52,960 bases of DNA, taken from positions 1 to 52,960 of the forward strand of contig JAUVTI010000001.1 of the NCBI GenBank assembly GCA_030601605.1, read 5' to 3'. Both the position numbers and the translations under genes were made by a program. Within the stretch, counting starts at the first letter, position 1; every line of letters starts with the position of its first letter. Shown here piece after piece: positions 16,544-25,192 of the stretch. The notes below the pieces were generated by a model. That model was not told the DNA's origin. It made no database searches and worked only from the letters and a program-made list of their open reading frames with translations. Origin of the DNA: Gemmatimonadales bacterium. GTDB taxonomy: Bacteria; Gemmatimonadota; Gemmatimonadetes; Gemmatimonadales; GWC2-71-9.

Positions 16544-18748
16544 TCAGTTCCTGGGCGGATAGAGCGCCCGGTACAACTCGCGGTTGCGCAGGACCGTGCG
16601 CACGTAGCCCCTCGTCTCGACGTAGGGGATCCGCTCCACCCACAGGAAGGAGTCGGACGCCTCGGGGTAGCGCAGCCACCGAGACACCGGACGTCCCCCG
16701 GCGTTGTAGGCCGCGATCGCCGGCGCGAGCTCGTCGTCGTAGCTGCGGATCAGGGCGGTCAGATGTGCCACGCCGAGGTGCAGATTGGCGTCGGGCACGA
16801 CGACGAGCCGCTGTTCCCACTCCACACCGAGTCGGCGCGCCAAACCAGCGGCCGTCGGGGGCATGAGCTGCATCAGACCCTGGGCGCCGGCGCGGGAGGT
16901 CGCGTCCGGCGTGAACGACGACTCCTGCCGGATGAGACCAGCCAGCAGGTATGGATCGGCGCCGAACTCGGCCGCTTCCGCCTCGATGAGATCGCGCATC
17001 GGCCAGGGGAAGATGACCCGCACCACGCGCGGATCGCCCAGCGTGAGTGTGCGCGCCGCGCGCCACCCCAACCGGATCCCCTCCGAGGTCCAGCCGCGCG
17101 CGATCAGCGCCTCTGCCACGTCAACCATCTCCCGTGCCGGACGGCCGGTCGCATCGAGTTGGGACGCCACCAGCGCCTCGGCCTCCGCTCTGAGCCGCGT
17201 GGCACGCAGCAGGTCCAGCTGCTCTATGGTCCGTCTGGCCTCGGGTGTGACCTCACGATCGGTCACCGGGGCGAACAGCGGCGGCGGCAGACCCGCCGCA
17301 CTGCGAGCCATCATCCCGTAGTAGCCGAGCGAATCCTCCCTCGCGAGCGAAGTCCACCGTGCCACCGCCGCCGCGGAGTCGCCCGTTTCCATCTCCAGGC
17401 TGGCCATCAGATAGCTTGCGACCTTGTGCTGGTTCCCTCCCGCATCTATCTCCGCCCGATACCACTCCGCCGCCAGCACGTCGTCCCCACGCCGCCGAGC
17501 CTGTGCCGCCAGCGTGAGCCGGGACCGGCCGGCGTACTCGTGGGAGGGCCAGCGCTCGGCGATCACGCCATACAGGCTGTCGGCCGTCTGACGACGGCCG
17601 CCGCGCCGATGCCGCTCCGCCACCAGGTAGAGGGCGCGCGGTGCCAGGGAGTGGTCCGGGTGGCGTTCCACGAACAAGGCCAGTTCCCGGTAGCCCTCCG
17701 TTTGGCGGCCGAGGCTCGGGAGCAGCCGAGCCCTGCGGTAGTCCGCCTGCGCCCCCTCAGCACCACCCAACTCACCGGCGCGCTCGTACGCCCGTATGGC
17801 GTCCCAGAAGTTGCCCACGTCCCGCTCGAGATCGCCCAGAATACGCAGGGTCCGCGCCGTAGCGTCACCCTGATCCACTGCCTGGCGCACGACCACGAGC
17901 GCCGACTGGCGCCGTCCCAGCAGCAGGTGAGCCCGCACCACGACTACCAACTCCTCAGCCGAAGCCGGCCGGAAGTCGTCTCCCACCACCGCGAATCCCC
18001 CGCGCGCGATCGCGGTGTCCGCCGACTCGAGCGCCGCGAGGGCGAGTCGGCGCGCACCCGACGTATCACCCGCCCTGGCGGCCAGTCGCGCCGCTCGCGC
18101 CACTCTCCCGGCCTCCTCGAACGAGGCGATGGCACCGGCCGTATCGCCGTCTGCCAGCATGATCGTAGCCTGCGCTTCGGCTGCAAAGGGCTTTGTTGCC
18201 GGGGGTGAGGCTCGCAGCGCTTCGAGCGCTCGCAAGCGGTCGTCGGCCACGCGAGCCCATCGCACCGCGAGCCACGGTGCGATGGCAGTCAGCTGGGACG
18301 CGGCCGCCTCGTACTGGACGGCCGCCGCCCGCGTAAGCCCGGCCCGCTCGAGAGCGTCCGCCGCTCGTGCCGTGAAGATGCCGCGCCTCGGCTGGGGCGC
18401 GCCGGCTGCAGCCTGCTGAAACAGTCGTGCCGCCTCTTCGAAACGCCCGCTCTCATATGCGGCTGCGGCGAGCAACGGGAGCAGCCCTGGCTCGTTCAAC
18501 GCGGGCGCGCCGATTTCTGCGAGCAGTTCGTACGCTGCCTCGGCGCGTCCGAGCTCCAGCTCCGCACGCGCCAGCTCGAGCACCACCTGCGTGCCCGCCG
18601 TCCCGTCCTCCACGACCGGCCTCAGGCGCACAGCCGTGTGCCACGCCCCGGGGGAATGCCCGCTGGAAGGGATAGCCGTCTGGGACAGCGCGCCGGCCGG
18701 CAGTGCCAGCGCGGCTATCCAGACGAGCGCGAGACAGTGCGCGAGCAG
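16544..18748 (-). CDS. soluble lytic murein transglycosylase (Slt70-like; TPR/superhelical N-domain plus SLT domain)
   Basis: The SLT catalytic block is LIRQESSFTPDATSRAGAQGLMQLMPPTA...AYNAG. The first ATG/GTG/TTG is GTG 18631, but a signal-peptide-like LLAHCLALVWIAALALPAGALS is encoded upstream of it. I extend to CTG 18748, which has GAGG 7 nt upstream. The start is uncertain. Confidence 0.8.
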   Translation of the reverse strand: MLAHCLALVWIAALALPAGALSQTAIPSSGHSPGAWHTAVRLRPVVEDGTAGTQVVLELARAELELGRAEAAYELLAEIGAPALNEPGLLPLLAAAAYESGRFEEAARLFQQAAAGAPQPRRGIFTARAADALERAGLTRAAAVQYEAAASQLTAIAPWLAVRWARVADDRLRALEALRASPPATKPFAAEAQATIMLADGDTAGAIASFEEAGRVARAARLAARAGDTSGARRLALAALESADTAIARGGFAVVGDDFRPASAEELVVVVRAHLLLGRRQSALVVVRQAVDQGDATARTLRILGDLERDVGNFWDAIRAYERAGELGGAEGAQADYRRARLLPSLGRQTEGYRELALFVERHPDHSLAPRALYLVAERHRRGGRRQTADSLYGVIAERWPSHEYAGRSRLTLAAQARRRGDDVLAAEWYRAEIDAGGNQHKVASYLMASLEMETGDSAAAVARWTSLAREDSLGYYGMMARSAAGLPPPLFAPVTDREVTPEARRTIEQLDLLRATRLRAEAEALVASQLDATGRPAREMVDVAEALIARGWTSEGIRLGWRAARTLTLGDPRVVRVIFPWPMRDLIEAEAAEFGADPYLLAGLIRQESSFTPDATSRAGAQGLMQLMPPTAAGLARRLGVEWEQRLVVVPDANLHLGVAHLTALIRSYDDELAPAIAAYNAGGRPVSRWLRYPEASDSFLWVERIPYVETRGYVRTVLRNRELYRALYPPRN

Positions 18749-18751
18749 CGC

Positions 18752-20140
18752 CTAGCCTCGCCGCTTCAGGCGGCTCACGGCCTCCTGGAACGCCTGGCGG
18801 GAATCCGGCGTCAACTCGAAGTGCCCAAACCCGTTGCGGTCCCAGAAGACGAGCAAGATCCGGTCGGTGATGTATTCCCACTGGATGTAGCGCACGCCCT
18901 CGACTCCCTGCACCTGGCCGCTCTGGTCGAACGTCTCGTCAGCCTGGCCGAGCGAGATGTACACCTCTCCCCGGTCGGTCAGCCACCCAGGCTTCGATGG
19001 CTCGGAGAACATCCGGTTGGCAGACTGGAGGCGCTTGAAGTACTCGGTCATCGCCTCGTTCTCGGCGGTGCTGGGAACGGGATCGGTCGCATCCCAGAAC
19101 GCCTTCCACAGGGCGGGGCGCTCCTCTACCGGGGCGTCACGCAGAACCTGCATGGCGCCGTCCGGTCCGAAGTAGCGGAGCATCGACAGCGTCTCGTCGA
19201 AGTTGGAGACCACCCACTCCTGGGAGAACGCAACGAGCGTGTACACGCTCGCCGCGACCGCTCCATCCTGGGTCGAGGCGTAGAACCGCACCTGACCCAT
19301 TTGCAGCCGGTCGGGGGGAATCGTCACCAGCAGCACCGGGATCGCGCCGTGCGCGATGAGCACCACCGTGTCGGCCCAGAGCTCCTGCACTCCCTGCTCG
19401 ATGACGGAGGCGCGAAGAGTGACCGGGGTGCCGCCCTCCAAACCGTAGGCCTCCATGTAGAGCCTGAGTGTGTCGCGCCCGTAGGAGACCGTCGAGCGCG
19501 GGTTCACCACGATGTCCGGTACCATGCCGCGGGTGGGGCGCGGCTGCCCGTCGTAGATCGGCGTCAGGCTGGAGAAGCTGGCCTCGTCACCGAAGCGGGG
19601 GACGACCAGCGTGTCCACGGTGTGACTGGCGCCCGCCCCGTAGCCGTCGCGCACCGATACGTGCATGACCGCTTCGCCTGGCGTGAGGGTGACGTACTGC
19701 TGGAACACCACGCTCTCATCGGCACGGCGAGTGCTCTCCAGATCGGCCACCCGCACGGTCTCGGTCACGCTCACCTCGCGCAGCGTAGTGTCGCCCCGCT
19801 GCACTCTCAAATCCACACTGTAGCTCGCCTCATAACCACCACCGGAGCGTCGGAAGGTGAGGGCCGTGTTGGGCAGCGAGAGCCCGAGGGTGGCCAGCGT
19901 CGTGTCCGGGGAGGAACCCGCAAAGAAATCGAACCCGGCCACGAACTGGATCGGCTGCGGCGCAACCACGAGCCCCATGCTGCGGTACAGGCTCGTGACG
20001 TCGAACAGCTGCGGCACCACCTCGCCCGTGTTGTCCGGGGCCTCGCCTCCGACCCGTTGCCACTGGCCGCAGGCCGCCGCCGCCATCAGGAGCACGGGGG
20101 CCGCGGCGCGCAGGATCTGCCCTCGATTACGGTGCATCAT
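18752..20140 (-). CDS. GWxTD domain-containing lipoprotein
   Basis: Lipobox (LLMAAAAC). The C-terminal domain has FW.A.DP...NE...EYFKRL and KPGWLTDRGEVYISLGQAD, the GWxTD motif. Confidence 0.8.
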   Translation of the reverse strand: MMHRNRGQILRAAAPVLLMAAAACGQWQRVGGEAPDNTGEVVPQLFDVTSLYRSMGLVVAPQPIQFVAGFDFFAGSSPDTTLATLGLSLPNTALTFRRSGGGYEASYSVDLRVQRGDTTLREVSVTETVRVADLESTRRADESVVFQQYVTLTPGEAVMHVSVRDGYGAGASHTVDTLVVPRFGDEASFSSLTPIYDGQPRPTRGMVPDIVVNPRSTVSYGRDTLRLYMEAYGLEGGTPVTLRASVIEQGVQELWADTVVLIAHGAIPVLLVTIPPDRLQMGQVRFYASTQDGAVAASVYTLVAFSQEWVVSNFDETLSMLRYFGPDGAMQVLRDAPVEERPALWKAFWDATDPVPSTAENEAMTEYFKRLQSANRMFSEPSKPGWLTDRGEVYISLGQADETFDQSGQVQGVEGVRYIQWEYITDRILLVFWDRNGFGHFELTPDSRQAFQEAVSRLKRRG

Positions 20141-20198
20141 AGTGACACCCTGTTCACTTGCCGAAGCTCAACGGCAGGGCTTACTTTCGCCTCCGCTC

Positions 20199-21131
20199 AT
20201 GCCTAATGAGAATCTCGCTGGCCGGACCGTCGCGGGCTACCGCCTGCTGGAACGGGTAGGTGAAGGCGGCACCGCCACGGTCTACCGGTCGGAGCACGCC
20301 GAGCACGGACGCTGCGCCGTGAAGGTCCTGCGCGAACGCATGCGCAATGACCCCACGGCCGTCAAGCGGTTCCTGCGTGAGGCGGGCTACGGCGCGCGTG
20401 TTCAGCACCCCTCCGTCATCCGTACGTTCGACTACGGAGATGTCGACGGGCTGCACTACCTGGCCCTTGAATGGGCTACCGGCGAGCCGCTGTCGGAGTT
20501 CCTCCACCGCTCCGGCCGCCTGGCGCCCGAGCTGGTGGCGCACATCGTTACCCAACTGGCTGAGGGGCTCACGTCGGCCCACGCGGCCGGCATCATCCAT
20601 CGGGACCTCAAGCCCGAGAACATCGTGTACGACCCCGAGACTCGTACGACGAAACTGCTCGACTTCGGGATCGCGCGCGACGCTCAGATGGACTCCGCCG
20701 AGCGCCTGACCCGGACCGGGTTCTTCGTGGGGACGCTGCACTACGTCGCCCCTGAAGCCCTGTCGGGCGAGCTTGTGAGCGAGGCGGCGGACATCTACTC
20801 CGTCGCTACCATCGCCTATTACCTCCTGACCGGCCTGCACCCCTACACCGGGCGCTCACCGCGGGAGCTGTTCCAGCAGCTCCTGACTCAGCCCCCGACG
20901 CCGCTCAACGAGGCCGTGCGAGGCCTGACCTTCCCCGCAGGCCTCCAGACGGCCGTGATGCGCGGCCTGAGCCGGGGCCCCGATGAGCGCCAACCAGCAG
21001 TCCGGCAGTTTGCCGCCGAGCTCGCGGCGGGGGCCGATGGGGCGGTGGTCTCGCCGCCGCCAGGGGGCGACGGCGAGACCGGCGGCGGGGTTTTGGGCAG
21101 CCTCAAGTTCCTGTTCAGACGTGGGCGCTGA
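20199..21131 (+). CDS. serine/threonine protein kinase (Hanks type), no obvious sensor domain
   Basis: GEGGTATVY, CAVKVL, HRDLKPENI, DFGIA and YVAPE occur in order. ATG at 20199 (MPNENLAGR...). The upstream part of the 19857 ORF overlaps the divergent GWxTD gene. Confidence 0.85.
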   Translation: MPNENLAGRTVAGYRLLERVGEGGTATVYRSEHAEHGRCAVKVLRERMRNDPTAVKRFLREAGYGARVQHPSVIRTFDYGDVDGLHYLALEWATGEPLSEFLHRSGRLAPELVAHIVTQLAEGLTSAHAAGIIHRDLKPENIVYDPETRTTKLLDFGIARDAQMDSAERLTRTGFFVGTLHYVAPEALSGELVSEAADIYSVATIAYYLLTGLHPYTGRSPRELFQQLLTQPPTPLNEAVRGLTFPAGLQTAVMRGLSRGPDERQPAVRQFAAELAAGADGAVVSPPPGGDGETGGGVLGSLKFLFRRGR

Positions 21132-21197
21132 TCTGGCAAGCATTAGTAGTTGTAACCGCTACTACTACTCACAGATGGCGCAATTCGGCCCGTTCAC

Positions 21198-21776
21198 ATG
21201 AGCCCTGCAGCGACCGACCGCAAAGCCCAACTGGTTCAGCTCCTGCGCGACAAGTCAGTGGGAATCGGGCAGTTCACACTGGCCTCCGGCCGCAGGTCCA
21301 GCTACTACATTGATGCCCGGCGAACCACGATGTCCGCCCAGGGACTCGAGCTCATCGGGGAGCTCGGCCTGGCTGCGATCCACCGGGCCGGGTGGGAAGC
21401 GGGCCTCGTCGGGGGACTCACCCTCGGGGCCGACCCGGTGGCCTACGCGATCTCGCGGGCCAGCCGCGAGGCGCCGCCCGAGCTGGACGCCTTCACCGTC
21501 CGCAAGGAGGCCAAGCGCCACGGCAAGGGCCGCCGGATCGAAGGGTGCTTCGCCGAAGGCGGCTCGGTGGTCATCGTCGAGGACGTGGTCACCACCGGAC
21601 GATCGGCGCTCAAGGCCATCGAAGCGGTGAGTGGTGCCGGTGCCGAGGTGGTTGGCGTGCTCGCCGTGGTGGACAGGGCCGAGGGGGGCCGCCAGGCGAT
21701 CGAGGCCGCGGGCCACCCACTCGAGGTGTTGGTGTCGCTCGCGGATCTTGGGCTTCCGCCGGAGAGCGCCGGGTAG
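21198..21776 (+). CDS. pyrE: orotate phosphoribosyltransferase
   Basis: FTLASGRRSSYYID and the PRPP-binding loop VVIVEDVVTTGRS. Confidence 0.9.
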   Translation: MSPAATDRKAQLVQLLRDKSVGIGQFTLASGRRSSYYIDARRTTMSAQGLELIGELGLAAIHRAGWEAGLVGGLTLGADPVAYAISRASREAPPELDAFTVRKEAKRHGKGRRIEGCFAEGGSVVIVEDVVTTGRSALKAIEAVSGAGAEVVGVLAVVDRAEGGRQAIEAAGHPLEVLVSLADLGLPPESAG

Positions 21777-21777
21777 C

Positions 21778-23481
21778 ATGGCCGCAGCGAGCCCGCACTC
21801 CCACCGCGAGGAGCGGAATCGCCCCTCCCTCGAGGTGCGCTTGCGCGGGTGGTCCGACGACCAGGCCGAACACGAGCGGCGGCTCAAGGACTTCGAGACC
21901 TACCAGCAGAGCATCACGCGCAGGTGGGGGATCATCGCGGGTGTCCTCGTGCTGCTCGTCGCGGGCAAGATGCTGGGGTTGGTCACCGCGTCGCCCGCCG
22001 TCATCATAGGGATCGCAGCCGGCGCGACCGCGGTGAATCTCGTGCTGGCCACCAGATTGCGGCGTGGTTGGCACGCGTGGTGGCACGTCTACGCCCTGGC
22101 TCTCTTCGACGTCGTCCTGATCTCAGCGGTGATCTTCCTGTGGGGGCCGGGCGGGCTGATAGTGGGCCTGCTCCTGGCCGTCCTCCCCTACGCGTTCGAT
22201 CAGGGGCGCGGCGTCGGTGAGGTCCTGGTGCTTGCGGCGGCTGCCGCCTACGTCGCCGTAGCGACGCTGCACAGCGCAACGGTGATCCCCCAACCGCACA
22301 TCTACGTCGAGACAGCCACGTTCGTTGTCGTGGGCATCGCGATTCTGTGGATCCCCGCAGGACTCATCCGCCGCATCCGGCACACTCGCAGCGTCGTAGC
22401 CGAGGCAGAGCGCGGTCACCTCGGACTGCGGGCCCCGGCAGAGCGTCCCGACGAACTCGGATTCCTGGAGCAGTCGCTCAACCGGATGCTCGACGAGCTC
22501 GCGGCGACCATCGCAGTGGTGCAGCACGAGGCGGATGAGGTGGCGACTTTTTCCGAGGTGCTGGCGGTGAACGCCGGCGAGATGCTGGCGACCGGCAGAG
22601 AAGTGGCGTCCGCTGCGGCAACGCTGTCGGAGGCAATGAAGGAGCAGCACAAGCTGGCGGAAGACGGACGCTCTGAGGGCACCGCCGCCGCCGAGGAAGC
22701 CGACGCGCTGCGCTCCCGGGCCGAGATGTTGGAGTTCGACGCACTCCACTTGCTGAGTGCGGCGGAGCGCGGCAGGGACCGCGTGGGGCGAGCCAGTGAA
22801 ACGCTCGTGAGCCTGGGCAGCGAGGTGAGCACGACGGCGGCCACGGTCCACGAGCTGCGTGAGCTGTCTGACGGCATCGGGGAGTTCGCGCAGAGGATCG
22901 GCCACATCGCGCGCCGCACGCGGGTACTCGCTCTGAACGCCGCGATCGAGGCGGCGCACGCTGGTGAGTACCGCGAGGGATTCGCCGCAGTGGCGGACCA
23001 GGTCCGTGAGCTGGCCGGGGAAGCGGCCGACTCAGCGCGCCTCGCTGCCGACGTGATCAGCGAGATTCGCGCCGGCATCGAAGTCGTGGCCAGCGCCATG
23101 ACGTCGGGTGAGAAGCGGGTCCACGGGGTGGAGGAGGTCGCGGGAGAGGCGCAGAGTGCGCTGGAGGAGATCCACACCGGCGTGAACAAGGCCGCCGAGC
23201 TGGTGCGGGCCACGGCTGGAGACTCCAAGGCGCAGTCGGAGCGCCTGGGAGCCCTGGCACAGCGGCTCGCGCGCGTGGCGGAGATCAGCGCGGAGTCCGC
23301 CTCCAGCGCGAGCACCACCGCCCAGCAGGTTACAGCCCAGATCAGAGCGATGGAGAGCTTGAATCAGACGAGCCGGCAGCTCGCAGAGCTCGCAGAGCGT
23401 CTCCAGGCCGGCATTGCGAAGTTCTCGGTGATGAAGCCGGACCAGGTGACCCACGAGCACGTGGTACCCCGAACGCGGTAG
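21778..23481 (+). CDS. methyl-accepting chemotaxis protein (polytopic N-terminus, HAMP, MA domain)
   Basis: The highly conserved hairpin-tip region is RRTRVLALNAAIEAAHAGEYREGFAAVADQVRELAGEA. There is a HAMP-like LGFLEQSLNRMLDEL and about 5 N-terminal hydrophobic helices. The ATG lies 1 nt after the pyrE TAG. Confidence 0.85.
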   Translation: MAAASPHSHREERNRPSLEVRLRGWSDDQAEHERRLKDFETYQQSITRRWGIIAGVLVLLVAGKMLGLVTASPAVIIGIAAGATAVNLVLATRLRRGWHAWWHVYALALFDVVLISAVIFLWGPGGLIVGLLLAVLPYAFDQGRGVGEVLVLAAAAAYVAVATLHSATVIPQPHIYVETATFVVVGIAILWIPAGLIRRIRHTRSVVAEAERGHLGLRAPAERPDELGFLEQSLNRMLDELAATIAVVQHEADEVATFSEVLAVNAGEMLATGREVASAAATLSEAMKEQHKLAEDGRSEGTAAAEEADALRSRAEMLEFDALHLLSAAERGRDRVGRASETLVSLGSEVSTTAATVHELRELSDGIGEFAQRIGHIARRTRVLALNAAIEAAHAGEYREGFAAVADQVRELAGEAADSARLAADVISEIRAGIEVVASAMTSGEKRVHGVEEVAGEAQSALEEIHTGVNKAAELVRATAGDSKAQSERLGALAQRLARVAEISAESASSASTTAQQVTAQIRAMESLNQTSRQLAELAERLQAGIAKFSVMKPDQVTHEHVVPRTR

Positions 23482-23541
23482 CCGGCGGCCGGGCGCCCGC
23501 CGTCGACCACCGGTGGCTCATTTCGCGCCTGATCGCCTTCC

Positions 23542-24396
23542 TCACAACTCTTGTCCGAGATCACCCATCCCATTCAGTGGGTAGAAGGTGCGGAAGCGTG
23601 GCCTGAACGGCACGACCAGGCGCGAGATGAAGTCCTCCAGCGCCACCTCGAACGGGTAGCGCCGCCGAAACTCACTCGCGGTGACCCCCAAGACGCCCCT
23701 GAGGTGTCGCCCGAAGCTCTGCGGGGACGAGTACTCCAGTCGATAGGCCACGTCGGCAATGGAGAGGCCTGGCGACTCCAACAGACCGGCGGCGTACACG
23801 AGGCGCGCAGCGGCGAGGTATCGCTTCGGCGACGGAAGCTCGGCGCGAAAGAAGCGCGACATGAAGGTGCTGGCCCCGAGGCCGAGCTCGCGCGCCAGCC
23901 CACGCACCGTGGTGACGCGTGGCGACAGGCGAAGCAGCACCTCGAAGAAGCGCCGGCACTCTGCGGTGGGGGCTCCCAGCGCCGGAACGATGCTCCCAAG
24001 CATCGCCGATTCCGTGGCCGCAGTGGGCCGCGTGACCAGCTCGCGCAGCCGCCGCCATCCTTCGCGCCCCGCGAGATCGATCATGCGGCGCACGCCACAG
24101 GCGCCGAGCTCCAGCATCCGCTGGCTCGCCTGAGCATCGTGGCGCGAGAGCACCGCCACGGTGGGGACACCGGGAAAGCCCTGCACCAGCTCCGCCACCC
24201 CGGGCAGGTGCTCTCGCTCGATGCACCGCGGGGAAACCAACACGGCGTGCACCGACCGCTGTCGCACCGTGCGCAACGTCTCGGGCAGTGAGTTCGCATG
24301 CAGCATGGCGAACCTCCCCCCAGCCGCCACGTCGAGCCGGGGCCGCTCCGCCGGCTCGAGCAGGGTCGCCACTACGGCACGCGCCGTGGTTGCCAT
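23542..24396 (-). CDS. AraC-family transcriptional regulator with receiver-like N-terminal domain
   Basis: The C-terminal dual HTH is LGASTFMSRFFRAELPSPKRYL...IADVAYRLEYSSPQSFGRHLRGVLGVTASEFRR. The N-terminal ~120 aa have an alternating beta/alpha receiver-like pattern. Confidence 0.8.
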   Translation of the reverse strand: MATTARAVVATLLEPAERPRLDVAAGGRFAMLHANSLPETLRTVRQRSVHAVLVSPRCIEREHLPGVAELVQGFPGVPTVAVLSRHDAQASQRMLELGACGVRRMIDLAGREGWRRLRELVTRPTAATESAMLGSIVPALGAPTAECRRFFEVLLRLSPRVTTVRGLARELGLGASTFMSRFFRAELPSPKRYLAAARLVYAAGLLESPGLSIADVAYRLEYSSPQSFGRHLRGVLGVTASEFRRRYPFEVALEDFISRLVVPFRPRFRTFYPLNGMGDLGQEL

Positions 24397-24522
24397 GTTC
24401 GCATCCTCCGCTCAAGAGGGGCGGACGATCGCGCACCCTGCTCAACGCGTGCTCAACCCCGCCGGCGGACCAACAACCGGCCAGGCCTGTGGTGCGGGCT
24501 TCAGCACTGCTAAATTCCTGCT

Positions 24523-24887
24523 GGAGGTGGTGGAGCGTGACGGTCGCAGTCCGCCGCGAGGCGGATTGAGGAAAGTCCGAGCTCCGCAGGGCAGACTGCC
24601 AGGTAACACCTGGGCGCCGAGAGGCGACGGACAGGGCCACAGAAAACATACCGCCCGCTTCGGCGGGTAAGGGTGAAAAGGTGGGGTAAGAGCCCACCGC
24701 GCGACTGGTAACAGTCGTGGCACGGCAACCCCCAGTCGGAGCAAGGCCAAATAGGCGGCGAGGCCCGGCCCGGGCCGCTCGAGCCGTGGGTAGGCCGCTC
24801 GAGGTGGCGGGTGACCGCCATCCCAGATAGATGACCGTCCGGCGCCTCGGTGCCGAACAGAACTCGGCTTACGGCTCCACCACCTCT
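24523..24887 (+). ncRNA. rnpB: RNase P RNA, bacterial type A
   Basis: Universally conserved blocks are present: GAGGAAAGTCCG, CAGGTAACACCTGG, ACAGAAAACATACCGCC, GGTAAGGGTGAAAAGGTGGGGTAAGAGCCCACC, GGTAACAG, GAGCAAGGCCAAATAGG and ACAGAACTCGGCTTAC. The P1 helix pairs GGAGGTGGTGGAGC (24523-24536) with GCTCCACCACCTC(T) (24874-24887). Ends are accurate to about +/-5 nt. Confidence 0.92.
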
Positions 24888-24943
24888 GGCCTCAAACGCA
24901 AGCCTGTCATATCATTGCGCAGCCCAAACGCCTCTGACAGTGA

Positions 24944-25192
24944 ATGCCTGAGCGCACCGCAGGCTCCACGGATTCCGCCGAGCGCCCTTACCCCCTGGAC
25001 TGGGAAGGGGTCGCCGAGCTCCGCGTCTTCCGGACCACGGAGGAGCGCTGGCAGCGCCTCATGGGTTGGCGGTCCGAAATGCGTCGCAAGAGCTGGAGGT
25101 CGTTGCGGGTGAGCGCAGTGGCAGGCGAAATGGTCGCGGCATTCGGGCGGACGAAGGATGAACTTCTGGACAAACAGGGGGCGGCATCATGA
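24944..25192 (+). CDS. hypothetical small protein (82 aa)
   Basis: No recognisable family. Third codon positions are mostly G/C, as in the real genes here. Its TGA overlaps the ATG of the next gene (ATGA at 25189-25192), suggesting translational coupling. Confidence 0.4.
   Translation: MPERTAGSTDSAERPYPLDWEGVAELRVFRTTEERWQRLMGWRSEMRRKSWRSLRVSAVAGEMVAAFGRTKDELLDKQGAAS

Noticed and set aside
24831-25112. A 93-aa ORF starting inside the 3' part of rnpB.
   Set aside because: Its 5' third is the RNase P RNA P1/P2/P15-P18 region. The alternative frame 24944-25192 has better coding character and is stop/start-coupled to the next gene.
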